Shown here: one piece after another, positions 1-16,314 of the stretch | Numbering within the stretch: the first letter of the stretch is position 1 | Layout of the letters: every line of letters starts with the position of its first letter | Source: Paraspadella gotoi | Taxonomy: Eukaryota; Animalia; Chaetognatha | NCBI GenBank assembly: GCA_051294375.1 | Contig: CM119270.1 | Span: 5,619,452-5,683,451 of the forward strand | Length of the DNA: 64,000 nt | Direction: 5' to 3' | Translations under genes and position numbers: made by a program | The notes under the pieces: generated by a model | Told to the model about the DNA's origin: nothing | Database searches by the model: none | The model's input: only the letters and a program-made list of their open reading frames with translations

Positions 1-1108
1 GCTATTCCTTTACTTGAAAGACTATCATAATGAGATCTTTAAGTGCCTACACCGAACATCGCCAAAATGTAAATAGTTTACTCTATAAGTTTGTAGTTAT
101 AGTTCAATTTTTTCTAAAACATGAAATTTCAAGCGCAACGTTAACCGTGAAAACGGAAAAAAAAGAGACTAAAACGAAAATCTAATCACGAACGAATTAA
201 CTAAATACTATAATGATAATCATTACGAAAAGACTTTTTTCCTCGACTCGTTCACCACGAATCTCAAAGATAAGAAGCTAATAAAGATCCCTCGTTAAAG
301 CGGAGAATTATTCCTCGACCGAAATCGTTCAACTTCGGACCCCGGTCGATTCTTGGCCAAATTAATATCTCACTGACGACCATCGTTTTAATCTAAAGTT
401 AAAAGACAAATTCTTTATTTCTCACCAAAATTTCATACATCAGAGACTAAGTGACAGAGAGTTTTTGTTGCGTCTTTGTCGTCGTCATCTTCGTCGTTGT
501 AATCGTTGTAATAAAACTGAAGAAACGATGCTAAAACAGGAACGAGATAGAAATGAGACAGAAACTGGACAGTCGAGTGACTGAAACGAGAAGACCGATG
601 GATCAGTTTAGGAGGGGCCAAGAAGAAACGCTTCAAAAAAACTATTAACGGAAATAACAATCTAATGTAATTTTATACTTTACAAAATTATATTTAATCG
701 CTTTAATATAATTTAAAAATAAATTGTCGCTAACAATTTTTTTTCTAAATTTTTAATGAGGCAATGTACGCAATGAATAAATGCCGGAAGATAAACAAAC
801 ATCTTTTCGTACCATGAAAGTAACTTAAATATATTGTCGTCGTTCATTATTGCCAGATTTTAATATCCTCCCTTAGCTTTAACTGTTAAAAGTGCAGGAT
901 GACTGGATGTCTGAGTTAAAAAAACGATATCGATTCCTATCGATTTCAGTATCGATACCTGTGTTGGTCTCGGCCTCTGGATTTGGTTTAACTCGACCTT
1001 CAACCACTTGATTCACTTGAATCACGAAATGATCACGTCGGTGAAACGAAGCCGAAATTTGATCACCTCGATTGTCCGCTTCGATTTCACGCGAAATGTA
1101 AATCCGCA

Positions 1109-1145
<37 letters not shown>

Positions 1146-1267
1146 TCATATCAACATCTCTCGCTCTCGCTCTCGCTCTCGCTAAATCAACTTGGATGTC
1201 GAGGACGTACGATATCTTTTGACGTCCAAATTTACGGGAAAATTTTGATTCGAAATAAGAGAGCTAG

Positions 1268-1311
<44 letters not shown>

Positions 1312-1598
1312 TTATGATTCATCTGAGGGCTGACTGATTTGCAATGTTACTGTCATAGCTAAGGATTGAATAATTGCGCGTAAAGATTTCAGAATAAAGA
1401 AATATTGTAAGCGAGCGATAAGCAAGTCTATTATTTAATTTTTTAAATTCTGTTCTGAAAGAAAAAAACTTTGAAAGATACCAATAAAAAAAAATCCTTA
1501 CAAAAGACAGTGAGAAAGTATTTCTCTGGTCAGAGTTGAACCAAAAAAGGAATCTTTTCTGCTTCGGTCCAGTCGAAAAAACAGAGGAATCTCTCGAT

Positions 1599-1637
<39 letters not shown>

Positions 1638-1698
1638 CGGACTCCTCATGAGTCGACGCAGTCTTTCACGGTCGAACGATTTTGGAAAAGCACCTCTT

Positions 1699-1766
<68 letters not shown>

Positions 1767-1912
1767 ACTTTCACTGTTCTCTCCCTCTAACCTAATCACA
1801 TAAGCAATCACCAAGATTATGACAACAATCATTATGATCAGAAGTCAATAATGCAACAACCGAAGTTCACCCATCTAAACTCGACATACGAAACTGACCA
1901 ATCATAACTCAC

Positions 1913-4440
<2,528 letters not shown>

Positions 4441-5560
4441 TTTTACGATTTTCGCGTCGCGAGTGAATCTTCTGTGAAAACGTGACCACCTGGACTCTGA
4501 TTGGTCGTTGGAGGCCTACGACGGTACGTGATTAGTCGTTGGAGGGGGACGACGGTACGTGATAACACGTACACTTGGTTTCTGATTAATCCAGAGATTG
4601 ATCGTTAATGATCCTCGCGCTTTGTATCTTGTATGGTTTGCATTCAATTCGTCATCTTTAAAACTTACAAACTTCGGAAGAGGAAGGAGAGACGAGAAGT
4701 GGCGGATCGTGACGATAACGACGACGACGACGACGACAACTACGAAAAAAAACAAAAAAAACAATAGATAAGGCCTACGAGAAAACAAGAGCACGGCCAA
4801 AATATTGCGTTCTGAGTTCATCATGAACTCTTCACTCGTTTAAGATTCTCTCTTTTTTGTATCATCGTACGTCAGTTCCGTTAAAACTTTTTAAAAATCT
4901 CTCTCTCTTTCCTCTCGTCCCTTTTATCCTTCCGTTGTACCCCGACCCCTTTAGGCCGTGACCACTTTTACCCCGATACTCCAGCTTCATCGTCCGTTAG
5001 ACTTGACGAAAATGTTTTTCTTTAATTTTTTTATCGCGAAACGTAAACACTACAGAGTAAAGTTGGAGAGAGGGAGAGGGAGAGAAGGCGAACGATAGGA
5101 AAAAGAAGAAAAGAAGAATGAAGTAAAAAGAAAAGAGAAAAAGAAAAAAAGCAGAAGAAGAAGCGAACAGAACGCTCGAGAGTTTTTTTTTTTTTTTTAA
5201 TATATGATAATCGAATGTTTAAATATGGTGAGAAAGAAAAGAAAATAGTGGGTGGCGTCTGAAGCTTTATCCTTTTTTATTTAAGTATTATTTTATATCG
5301 CAAAGTGTATCGATAAAGAACGGGAAGGTTTGAGAAAATTGTAAGCAAGAAAATATTTGTCGGTTAAAACAAACGATCGATCGTTAAGAGGTTTGATATT
5401 CTTTCAATCCATTATGTTTATATTTATAACTGTCGCGAATTATTTTCTAAAAATTATTTAATTTATTAGCTTGTAACACAGACGGAGATTAACATTAAAA
5501 TTGGATACGAATTTTTAATTAATAAAAGAAAAGGAAAGAAAAACTGTTTTCTGCTTTTGT

Positions 5561-5853
5561 GACAAAATTATTTCGTATGTATGATGTCAAAGTAATCAAT
5601 TCGACAAAATTATTTTGTATGTCTGATGTCAAAGTAATCAATTCGACAAAATTATTTCGTATGTCTGATGTCAAAGTAATCAATTCGACAAAAAAATTTG
5701 TATGTCTGATGTCAAAGTAATCAATTCGACAAAATTATTTCGTATGTCTGATGTCAAAGTAATCAATTCGACAAAATTATTTTGTATGTCTGATGTCAAA
5801 GTAATCAATTCGACAAAATTATTTCGTATGTCTGATGTCAAAGTAATCAATTC
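5561..5853. repeat. Minisatellite, 42-bp unit x7
   Basis: Unit GACAAAATTATTTCGTATGTCTGATGTCAAAGTAATCAATTC head-to-tail, no spacers; copy 4 is 41 bp. Confidence 0.97.
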
Positions 5854-6874
5854 GCCATCAGTGATTCACTGATTAAAAAAAAAAAACAGAAGCATGAGGA
5901 AGGAGATTGGAAGATAATCAATACCCAATTAGAAATGATGAGAAAATAAGAACTGAAAAGATTAAATGCACCGAGAGAAAATGAGATACAAGATGAACGG
6001 ATATGATGTAACAAAAAGGAAACAGGATTATCATTTTCAATCAGGGAAAAGATAATGATTGACTCAGAGGTGGACAGAAACAAGAACCGGCGAGTCGAAG
6101 CTATTGAGCCGCGGTGACTTTCTTGAACGAACGCATTTCCAGAAAATCATGTCACTACATAAGGATGAAACGTACATGATAAGCTTCTTATGTTGTAAAG
6201 TATTGATTAAAATAAGAAAGTACTCCCCAAACTATGCAATTTTGATTCTCTGATCATGTGATATATATAAGTACTAAAAAAATATTTATTGTTACGTAGC
6301 CAGTCTGTAATGTTTTAATTAAAATGAATTATTTTTTTATAAATGATACTAAATTAATTATTTTGTAATAGATTATAATAAAATTATAATTAAATTTGTA
6401 CAACCAATATAAAATTATCTATTCATTTTATAAATAAGTTCTTTTGCCCCAGACTTTGAACAGGCTTTGGTAGATAAGTTGATGATATAGCAGGTTATAT
6501 GACTGCACATGAATAATACTTAACCACTTTAAAAGACTTAAGATACCTTAAGACACCTTACCTTGCCAAATATAAACTTAATTAATACAGTATAACCCAA
6601 GTATCTAAGGTATAAATAAGACACAGACAGACCGACAGACCGAAAATTCACTTATATAGTTGCGCGGCGAAACTAAAACAAATCAAAAAGGGAGGGGCAA
6701 AGAAAAATCTCGATAATAATTGTCTTGCATCGATCTCATTAGAAAAATATGGAAAAAAAAGGAAAGAAAAGAACAAATGTGAATAGAGAGAGAGTCAATG
6801 ATACGTCGGCAAAGTCGGTGCTTCTTTCAAACGCTTCTTGCCCGTTATTCGCTTTTCTGCTCCCAAAAAAAAAA

Positions 6875-9800
6875 ATGTCTCTTCAACTCGTTCTGCTGAT
6901 TTTCGGCAACTTCATGAACGTCCTTGACGTAGGGACGGACCTCCAAGCCACCTTCAAGTATGTCACGTCCGAGGCGATGGTCTTCAAGCTAATCGGGTGG
7001 CTCATCTTCGTCGTGGTGTCTCTCCACGCAGTCGCCTCCGCCGTCTACGGACTCAAGATTATCGCCAATCATCCGGAAAGGTACGCGAGGCTGTCGACGC
7101 CCGGTTGGAGGTTCAGACTGACCGCGTTGGCTCATTTGCTGGGTCTAGGGTCAGTGCCGATCGCCATCGATTTGTACTTGGATGAGAAAAAGGGAAATGA
7201 GAATTCCGAGGATTTAACATTTCAAAATGGGAGATTTCATGAGGATCCTGTTTCAAAAATCGAAGAGTATCGCGAAGAAATGACTGAAGCTACGAATTTG
7301 CGCATGAAAAATGAAGGGCACAGTACGAATATCGAGGAAAATAGTATACAGGTGTCTGTAGTATGTACTGTTAATCATAATTCAAAGAGAGAAAATGACC
7401 CAAGAATCAAATACAATGGTGATTCCGTGCAAGCGCAGGTTAGCGCCAAGCAACAGCTTTCATTGGAGCAGAAGAGAGAAGTGGCGGTGATAATGAACGT
7501 GTTTCACGCAGTCTTGGAAGCTTTTCCGCAAATGTTGCTGCAAACCGGGGTCTTACTCATTTCCATGACAAGTGGAACCGACGAAATTTGTTTTCCCGTT
7601 CAAGAAAAATTTTATTTTGAAGTTTTTGAAATAAAGAAAAATGGTTTTGCTAGACCAAAAAATATTGAATGCTCGTGCATGGAAGATATCTATGAAGCTG
7701 AAATGACTCAAAGTGGTAATGCCTAATCATGAGAGGTATCTTAAAGAATTTATCTTCATTATCATTAATATCTTATTGGAAGTAAGAATTGTAAAATTAT
7801 CCACAATAAACATGTAAATCGTTATAACATGTTAGAATAATGTCAGGCAATCAAATTTTCTATCTTTTGTTGCTATTAAGCTATTATATTCACCTATGAT
7901 CCCCATCTCATCTCAGATTAAAATAATAATGTTACGGATTATGAATAAAGAGTAAATTAGGAATTTGCGTTAGGGATTAAGGTTAAAGATTAGGGATATA
8001 AGTTAGGGATTACATTGGGTTACGGCTAAAGCCTAGGGATTAGATTTAACTTTTAGATTAAAAAAAAATTAAAACTAGATTTTAAGGTAAAAATCGAATA
8101 GAAGTATTCGGAATCTAAATGGGGCGCTGTCGGAAAATAGTGCCCCAAAAAGTTTTTTAGTTAAACTTGTTTATTTTTGATCGACTCATAATTCGGTAAT
8201 ACTAAACAGAGTTTTACTGTTCATGGAGATTTAACGATTATTACCCTTTATTTTCGGTTTTCCTGTCAACCATTACCTTGGCTCGATTGGCATCCAGCGT
8301 CAGAGAAGCCAATGTTAAAAAAAAGGACAATAAACTAGTTTCTTCCATTTTATTAGCGATATCAACTCATATGGGGACATTTCAAGGTGTCATCGGTATT
8401 TGCGTCACTCTCTTTTACGTTATAGTTTCCACATTCAGAATTTCAAAATGGTTCCTTTTGGCTTCTCCGTGTATTTTGCTTCGTGTATTCACATTTTCAG
8501 AAATATGGAATCTATTTCTTAAAATCAGAAGCAGTGTGAATTATAATCGTAAATATTTAAAGTTCACTTGTAAGTTAAGTACGATACAATTATTAGCCAT
8601 GCCGCTTGGAAATTTTGCTTTAAGTTCTTTTGTATTCAACATTTACAAGCACATACACATGGACCTATACAACCACTATGAGGGCCTCTATGGTCTCGGA
8701 AGTCCACCTCTATGGGGACTTGCCAAATTTAAAAATTTTGACGTTCCTCGGCTGGTAACTTTTCATTTTGAGTTAAGTAATCCTAGAGTTGACTGCATCG
8801 TCGCAGAGAACGTCATCGGCAACAACAAATGGAACAAAATTAATATCGGTGTGTATCAAAATGAGAGTAATTCTTTTTGCCGTTTGACGCCGGAAATTTA
8901 TCAATTGATAAACTCATTCGAAAATCCTAATCAGGAGGAAATAAAGGATCAACTTAAACTGTCTTTGGAAGAAAAATATTCCCAGAATTTAATACCAATA
9001 AGAGATAAGGCGTTTGCACTGGGAAATTACATATTTTTTAATCCTAGGTACTCGACCATAATTACTATGGCTCTCACTGATCTATTATCCGCGTTCATTT
9101 ACGGAATTTTCGTCTTTGTGCTCAATAAAGATTTTTTAAGGTCATTATTCACAATTACATGTTTTAGTAGTTTTCCGATTACTATTTTACTTTTTTTTCA
9201 AATTGCCAACACGTATGACAAATTTTATAATATTGATGACGAAATTAAATATCAAATTGGAATAGAGGATATTAACCGACGTTCTGACCTCGTTTCAGAT
9301 GTATACATGTCTGGAAAAGTATTTTCAAATTATTTCGCGGCAATTTTTTCTTTTACTCTTATACTGATTTTAAATCGATTCATCACAAATCAAAAATATT
9401 TTTTGGTGAAAACAATCATTTATTTTTTTCATTGCTTACTTTTGGCAATTATTTTAATGCTTTATTTCTATCTGAATCAAGATATCGGTATTTTAACGGA
9501 TCGAAGTTTGGAATTTTGCTCTGAGCATGACAGGACTAAAAAAACGTGGTATGACATCAACACAAGTTTTTTCTTATTAGTCATTGGTAGAGAAAATTCT
9601 TTTTTTTTACTCAATCTCGTTTTAATGATAACTACAAACTTTATGTGTCTGCTAAAAAATGAAACAAAAATGCGTAATTCTTATTTTAAACCTTGCTCTC
9701 ATTTGGGCATTATATTAATAGGTATTCTATTTGTATATTTTATATTTTCGTCTATTTACGGTTATAAAAAGATCCTTGAAACTGTAGATATACACAAGAT

Positions 9801-10068
9801 AAAACTTCTTCGATATTTTGAGAGAAAAACGGAACCACACGTGGCTGAACTTGATTTACGTACTTTTATTTTGTTAACGGACGTGTTAATGCGAATATCA
9901 ATTTTCTGTTATGGCGGAAAGACGAGCGAATCGGAAAACGAAATCTTGGCCGGAAACATAGATTTTTTGAATGGATTCCTAGAAGAAAGTCAAAATGATT
10001 TGAGAAATTTTGTGAACACTTGCTGTCTAACGATCCCTATGACTTTGTTGCTGATAATCTCCCATTGA
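6875..10068 (+). CDS. XK-related (XKR, scramblase-like) multi-pass membrane protein, ~899 aa; exons 6875-7715 and 8210-10068
   Basis: XK-family hallmarks in order: VLDVGTDLQATFKY, VLEAFPQMLLQ, LFSVFLSTITLA, LLRVFTFS. Phase-1 intron G|GTAATG (7716) ... AAACAG| (8209) joins the two long ORFs in frame (G+AG=Glu); 841+1859=2700 nt. An alternative in-frame ATG lies at 6749. Confidence 0.75.
7965..8147. mobile_element. Degenerate TTAGGG-like tract plus short GC hairpin in the XKR intron (HINE/Helentron-like non-autonomous element?)
   Basis: ttaggga/ttaggg-type repeats ~7968-8045; stem TGGGGCGCT...AGTGCCCCA at 8120-8147. Confidence 0.35.
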
Positions 10069-11816
10069 TTTTTGGGATTACATATAAATGTTGTACAAAA
10101 AATACTAAGGAAAAATTTCTTAATAAAAACAACTAATTACTAAAGAAATACAATTGAAAATTATCATTTTTTTTTCTTCTCTACTTTATTGAAGATCGTT
10201 ACTAAGCTACCAACCAGTTACCAGCCAAACAGGCTCACAGATTTGTCCAACAAAGTCGGAAGATTAGAGAGCTTCTAAGAAAACAAATTCATTACTTCGA
10301 TATGATTTTTTTTTTCTCAACTCTTTAACCTAGGCATAGCGTTCTTTTTTTCGTATTTCGTATTTTTTTCCCTTTTTTCTCTCTTTCTTACTTCCTGACC
10401 GAACGTTGGCTTTTTTGGCTCTCCAACTTTTTTCGGTCAGATGCTCTTTTTTTTTGGCTGCGAAAATAAAACGATAAAAAAAAGGGACTCAAGTTAAATC
10501 AGTAAAATATGAGGGACGAACGCTCGCCAAGTTTCTTGGCTCAATCGATCCTTTTTTTTAAATTTTTATTAAAAAAAATGTTGGATCGATATTTTATTAT
10601 TATTAACAAAATCGGTTCGACGGCCAGGTTTTTAAAGTAAAATATAAAATAAGGGAGGGGGGGGCGTGGTGGTCTTCGTCGTTGTCGTTCTATCGTTTCA
10701 TCTAACGATTTATTTCTTCCTTCTCTTCCTTTTTTTTTATTATTAAAAAGTCGCTTTGACCCGAAGAAGATTTAAGACGATTTTAAGATTTGAGATTTTA
10801 AGATTTAAGAAGATTTAGAAATTAGGAGCCCAATGCTTTGGTGAGATTTTTTAAACGGTTTCTTGACTACCTCATTTGTTTTCATAAATCAGGAACACTT
10901 CTTTAAAAAAACGCCGATTTCTTTTATATGAAGAATTAATTAAATGTTGGTTCGAGAGGGAAAGATATAAAGCGAGTTGAACAATTCCGACGTTTAATTA
11001 ATTATTTTTTTTTCAACAAATGATTTTTTAAAAATATAAATAAAACCTGTTTATATTCCCCATCTCGAGATACTCATAAGATTTTAAACGCTTCGACTTG
11101 CTCTTTCTTTTTTTCATCCATCTCAGATATAAAGCGTTTTATTGCCAATCGGGATCTCGAGGCCCAAACATTAATTTAACCACCCAACCATAAAACTCCA
11201 ATTTTTATGGTGCAACCAATTTTTGTTTAAAAGCTTCAAGGCGTCCGGATAGAAAGGAATCACTTTTTTTATATTCGAAATTTTGGAGATGATATGAATA
11301 GGAGGACGAGAGATGGGAATCAGAAGCGAGGCGAATCTGGAAATTAGATATGATATGATATGATATGATATGATATGATATGATATGAAACGGGGAACGA
11401 GAGATAGGAACTGGAAGTGAGGCGAATCTGATATGATATTATTTAGGAATTATGACGAAATGTTCGTTATATTCCATGACTGTTCAGTGTTCACAATACC
11501 AAATTATAAATAGTTTATAACATTTTACTTTCCAGTTGTTTTTGAGCATGGGTCCATCAGCACTGCTGCTTGGTCCCAAATCTATTGTCTTTTACTGCTT
11601 CGTCTCATTTTACGACTTTTTCCCTGTGAGACGAACCTCTAACGAGAGGCGACGAGTGAGACTTCACGATTCACGCTTTTCACTGTTGAGGGTTCGCTTT
11701 TGGGGTTTACCCCTTTAATGTTAACTAGTGATATCACCTATTGTGAAATCACTGTTATTTGTCGAGGTCGAGGTTTTCCCTTCAATCTTTTTTCATAATC
11801 TTTTCAGACTGTAGTA

Positions 11817-12436
11817 CACTGCGGAGCAAAAAAAAGTAGCTACTTTTTCATACCGTAAAAAAACTGTATTGGATGGCTGAATTTTATAAAAATATAGAAA
11901 TACAAAACAAAGCTTATTGAAAGATGAAGCGATGGGTCCATGTCTCATTAAAATCAAGCAATGCGTTCAATATTTCTAGGATGTCAAAGTAGATTGGTAT
12001 AAAAAAATCTAAAAAGTTTTAAATTTTCCCTATTATAAAATGTTTATATTATAAAATTGGCTGAATAGATTTAGCATTGAATATCTGTAAAAATGATTGT
12101 TTTTGATATATATTATAAAAATTTTTAGCAGCAATTAAATTTTTTTTTATAAAAATAAAAATTTATTGCATGCCCTATTATATATTTATTTTCATTATGA
12201 TTATATCAGTTCTATATTATAAGCATCAGTCAGAAAAAAAGTGTTATCAGCAATCACCTACGTAAATAACTTTTTCCCAATTCCGTGTTGAATTTAAAGT
12301 ATTGCTATAATCTACTGCTAAAACCAATTCAAATTTGTTTGAATCAATCGATACTTTTTATACATATATATTTTTTAAATTAAAATAGTGGCGTATTCAA
12401 AGCTAACAATTTTCTATTTTTTTTGGCGCCACAGTG
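11817..12436. mobile_element. MITE-like element, ~620 bp, imperfect TIRs, TA flanks
   Basis: Left CACTGCGGAGCAAAAAAAA, right TTTTTTTTGGCGCCACAGTG; TA immediately outside both ends; very AT-rich non-coding interior. Confidence 0.55.
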
Positions 12437-13526
12437 TACAGCTTTCTGACCCGCATTTCTCCCTGCACTGTATTTGGCGGCATCCTTCCACCTTCCTTAT
12501 TCTTATTTATCATTTTAATCTTCCCGATTGGTCTTGAGCCGTAGGTCTTAGTCCTTGGGCTTTTACAATGTAAAATTTACTTTCGGGCAATTGACAAATT
12601 TGTAATATTTCTTTCGTTTACTATTCCCTTCATGTAGACTACATCGTCGTTCCTCCATTTTCCAACCCACCCTAAATCTCTTTCTCTTTTCTTCTCAACC
12701 CAATCCTCCTCCTCTTCCTCCTCCTCCATCCCTCCGTCCACGCCACGCCCCCTACGCCCCCCCTCCCTTTTCGAGTCCCGCCCACCCGCTTTCCGTTAAT
12801 TGCTTGCCTCATGTCCCGTCCTCTCCTCGTCTCGCTCGTTGCATTCGTTGCTTGTCGCTCCGATGCTTGTCGTTTAAGCGGGACGGTTGTGCTTGTATTG
12901 ATTGTACCAATGTACCTCCCTTGTAACCGAGGTGTCATTGTCGATGAACTCCAAGTAGTTGAACGGATTGAACCGAATCCCATGATATTTACATTTACAA
13001 TAATGCGATCTTGCGGTTTATTTGTTTCTCCCTTCTCTTTGTTAATATTTTTTTTCTAGAAAGTCGAATTTTCTTACCTTAATATTTTCTTCTTGTGTTT
13101 GGTCTGAAAAATTATTTTTTGTTAAAATGAGATTTCTATAATTTTTTTGGGTTTATTTCATTCTGTTTTCACCCACTTTTCCTTATACTTTCTACCGAAA
13201 TCATAAACATTTTTTTTATTATTGTCCAATTCAAATTTTATCTTTTTAAAAAAAATATTGTTTCTTGGGTATAAATAAATCCTTATTTCTTTCCCTGCGA
13301 ATTCCACGCCGTCAATGGTTGTCGTTTTGACCTTGACCTTTTGACCCGAACCTGACCCCCAAATCTCCTTGCTCCCCCTTCCTTCTCTCGGTCATTCAAT
13401 CGCGTGATTGGGTCATCGAAATGACCTTCACCCATTTCACGACCTTTCCTCCGTCAAGTCCTTGACACCCAGCTGCGCCTGTGATTTAACCAAGTTTGTG
13501 AATCGAGAAGTTTCTGTGAAACTGCG

Positions 13527-14890
13527 CACGGTTCCCTAGACACCCCGAAAAAGAAAATAGAAATAAACCCATTTCTTTGAAACACAAAAAAATGAAAAAT
13601 ATAATGTTTTTACTACATCCGTAGTGAAGTCGAAAATTCATGATCCAAGCAAGTTTTTTTTTAATTGAATTTTAAAGTTTTGTTATAATTTTTTTCATAC
13701 AAAATAATGAGAAAACTAATCAACGACTTTGTCATTTCTTTGTCAAATTTTACTTTCTTATATCAATCATTATCTACTGAAAGAGAGCTTTAATTTGAAC
13801 TCACTCTCATAAGCCTACGATTATTCGTTCTCAAGTTATTATTAAAATAACTCAATTTATTACAAAAATAGTAACCATTTTGTAATTACTACATGAAAGA
13901 CTTAATCAATTCTTATTTAATAAAAAACTATAGAAATGTAACATACAATTGCTTAGCTTCAAAATTAACCTAATTTTTAATTTTTCTTCAACCAATAACT
14001 ACTATGAAATGCTATGTATAAAATTGTTAAATTTTATATATATATTTTTAAATAATTTAACATCAAGCAAGAGCATAATTAGTAATATTATACATCCAAA
14101 AGAATCTTCTTTTATGATCTTTCTTTTGAGTCTAATCTCAGTTCTCTGTGATAATTCGTTTTTGAGATATAACAAAAAAAATTCCACAAAATGCTTAAAA
14201 AGTTAAAAAAATATTCAAAAATATTAATATTTGAGTCAATTTTCAATATTATTATCATAAAAGGTTTTAATTGATAGGAAAATATGCCAATAATAAATAA
14301 TAAATTCATATTTCAAGATTTTTTAATCAAACATGACTTGTGATCGCCTTTTTTCTTCCAAAAATATTACAAATAAAATTGTGATTTGTCTATTTTTTGC
14401 TAATATTTTAAGCTTTTAATATTAGAATTCTTACTGAAAAATGATATAATAAAAAATATGGCTATATTCTGATTCTAACGAGCTATCATACTTTAAAAAT
14501 ATCAGAAAAAAATAAGTATTATGAAGTCAATAAAAAAAAATGTCAGTACCGAAATCAATTTTTAGTAATTTCTTAGAGGAGAGAGATAGAAAGCCTTATT
14601 ATTATATTATATTATATATTATATTTACTTATTATATTATTATATTATATTACTTATTATATTATTACTATATTATTACTATATTAATATTATTACTATA
14701 TTATTCACAAGTAGGAAGTAAAAAACAGTTAATATTAAAATTTTTGTCTTTTATATTATATAGTATAACATAATATAGTAATATAATATAATATATAATA
14801 TAGTATAATATAAATATATATAGTAATATAATATAATAATATAATAATAAGGCTTTCTATCCTTTATCTCCCTCCCCCTCTCTCTCTCTC

Positions 14891-14927
<37 letters not shown>

Positions 14928-15970
14928 AGAAATTACTAAAAATCGATTTCGGTACTGACATTTTTTTTTCATTTTGACTTCATAATACTTATTTTTATGA
15001 TTTTTAAAGTATGATAGCTCGTTAGAATCGAAATACCATTATTTTTTTATATCATTTTTTCAATAAGAATTCTAATATTAAAAGCTTAAAATATTTAGCA
15101 AAAAATAGACAAATCACCATTTTATTTGTATATTTTTGGAGAAAAAAGGCGGATCACAAGTCATGTTTGATTAAAAAATCTTGAAATATGAAATTTAATT
15201 TATATTGGCATATTTTCCTATCAATTTAAACCTTTTTATGATAAAATATATTGAAAATTGACTCAAATATTAATATTTTTGAATATTTTTTTTACTTTTT
15301 AAGCATTTTTGTGGAATTGTTTTTGTCAATATCTCAAAAACGAATTATCACAGAGAACTGAGATTAGACTCAAAAGAAAGATCATAAAATGAGGATTCTT
15401 TTGGATGTATAATATTACTAATTATGCTCTTGCTTATATTAAATTATTTAAAAATTATATATATAAATTTAACAATTTTATACATAGCATTTCATAGTAG
15501 TTATTGGTTGAAGAAAAATTTAAAATTAGGGTTAATTTTGAAGCTAAGCAATTGTATGTTACATTTCTATAGTTTTTTATTAAATAAGAATTGATAAAGT
15601 CTTTCATGTAGTAATTACAAAATGGTTACTATTTTTGTAAATAAATTGAGTTATTTTAATAATACTTGAGAACGAATAATCGTAGGCTTATGAGAGTGAG
15701 TTCAAATTAAAGCTCTCTTTCAGTAGATAATGAGATGATATAACAAAGTAAAATTTGACAAAGAATGACAAAGTCGTTGATTAGTTTTCTCATTATTTTG
15801 TATGAAAAATTAATAACAAAACTTTAAAAATTCAATTAAAAAAAAACTTGCTTGGATCAGAATTTTTCGACTTTCACTACGATGTAGTAAAAACATATAT
15901 TTTTCATTTTTTTGTGTTTTCAGAAATGGGTTATTTCTATTTTCTTTTTCGGGGTGTCTAGGGAACCGTG
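13527..15970. mobile_element. Non-autonomous foldback DNA transposon with ~1.05-kb inverted arms (Chapaev/CMC-like)
   Basis: Begins CACGGTTCCCTAGACACCCCG, ends CGGGGTGTCTAGGGAACCGTG; 13527-~14585 is the reverse complement of ~14920-15970; flanked by direct TGCG (13523-13526, 15971-15974). CAC...GTG termini with a 4-bp TSD are the described Chapaev signature. No transposase ORF. Confidence 0.85.
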
Positions 15971-16314
15971 TGCGAACGTATGACCGCTTCCTAGCCCGTT
16001 GTGGGGCTTTCACGCTCTGCATCTTGTTAGCTGAGAAATTTGAAGAAATATTTCGCCCGCCAATGTTTAAAATTTTGACGCAATCATATACATATTACCT
16101 TCAACTACAACCAACCTTAACAGAAAACACAAAAACCAGAAAATGATAGAGAGAGAAATAACTGCCAGAAACGTTACAAATACAATTACGTTACAATTAT
16201 CTATAAGCCTACTTTCTTCGTTGTCACACTTAAAAATACTATTAATAATTGAAGCAACACGCAACATTGTGTATTTTAATTGCATTTTTCTATTTTTCAA
16301 CATTTAACCAAAAG

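Noticed and set aside
5561-5853. CRISPR-like regular repeats
   Set aside because: Units are directly adjacent with no unique spacers, and the context is eukaryotic; it is a minisatellite.
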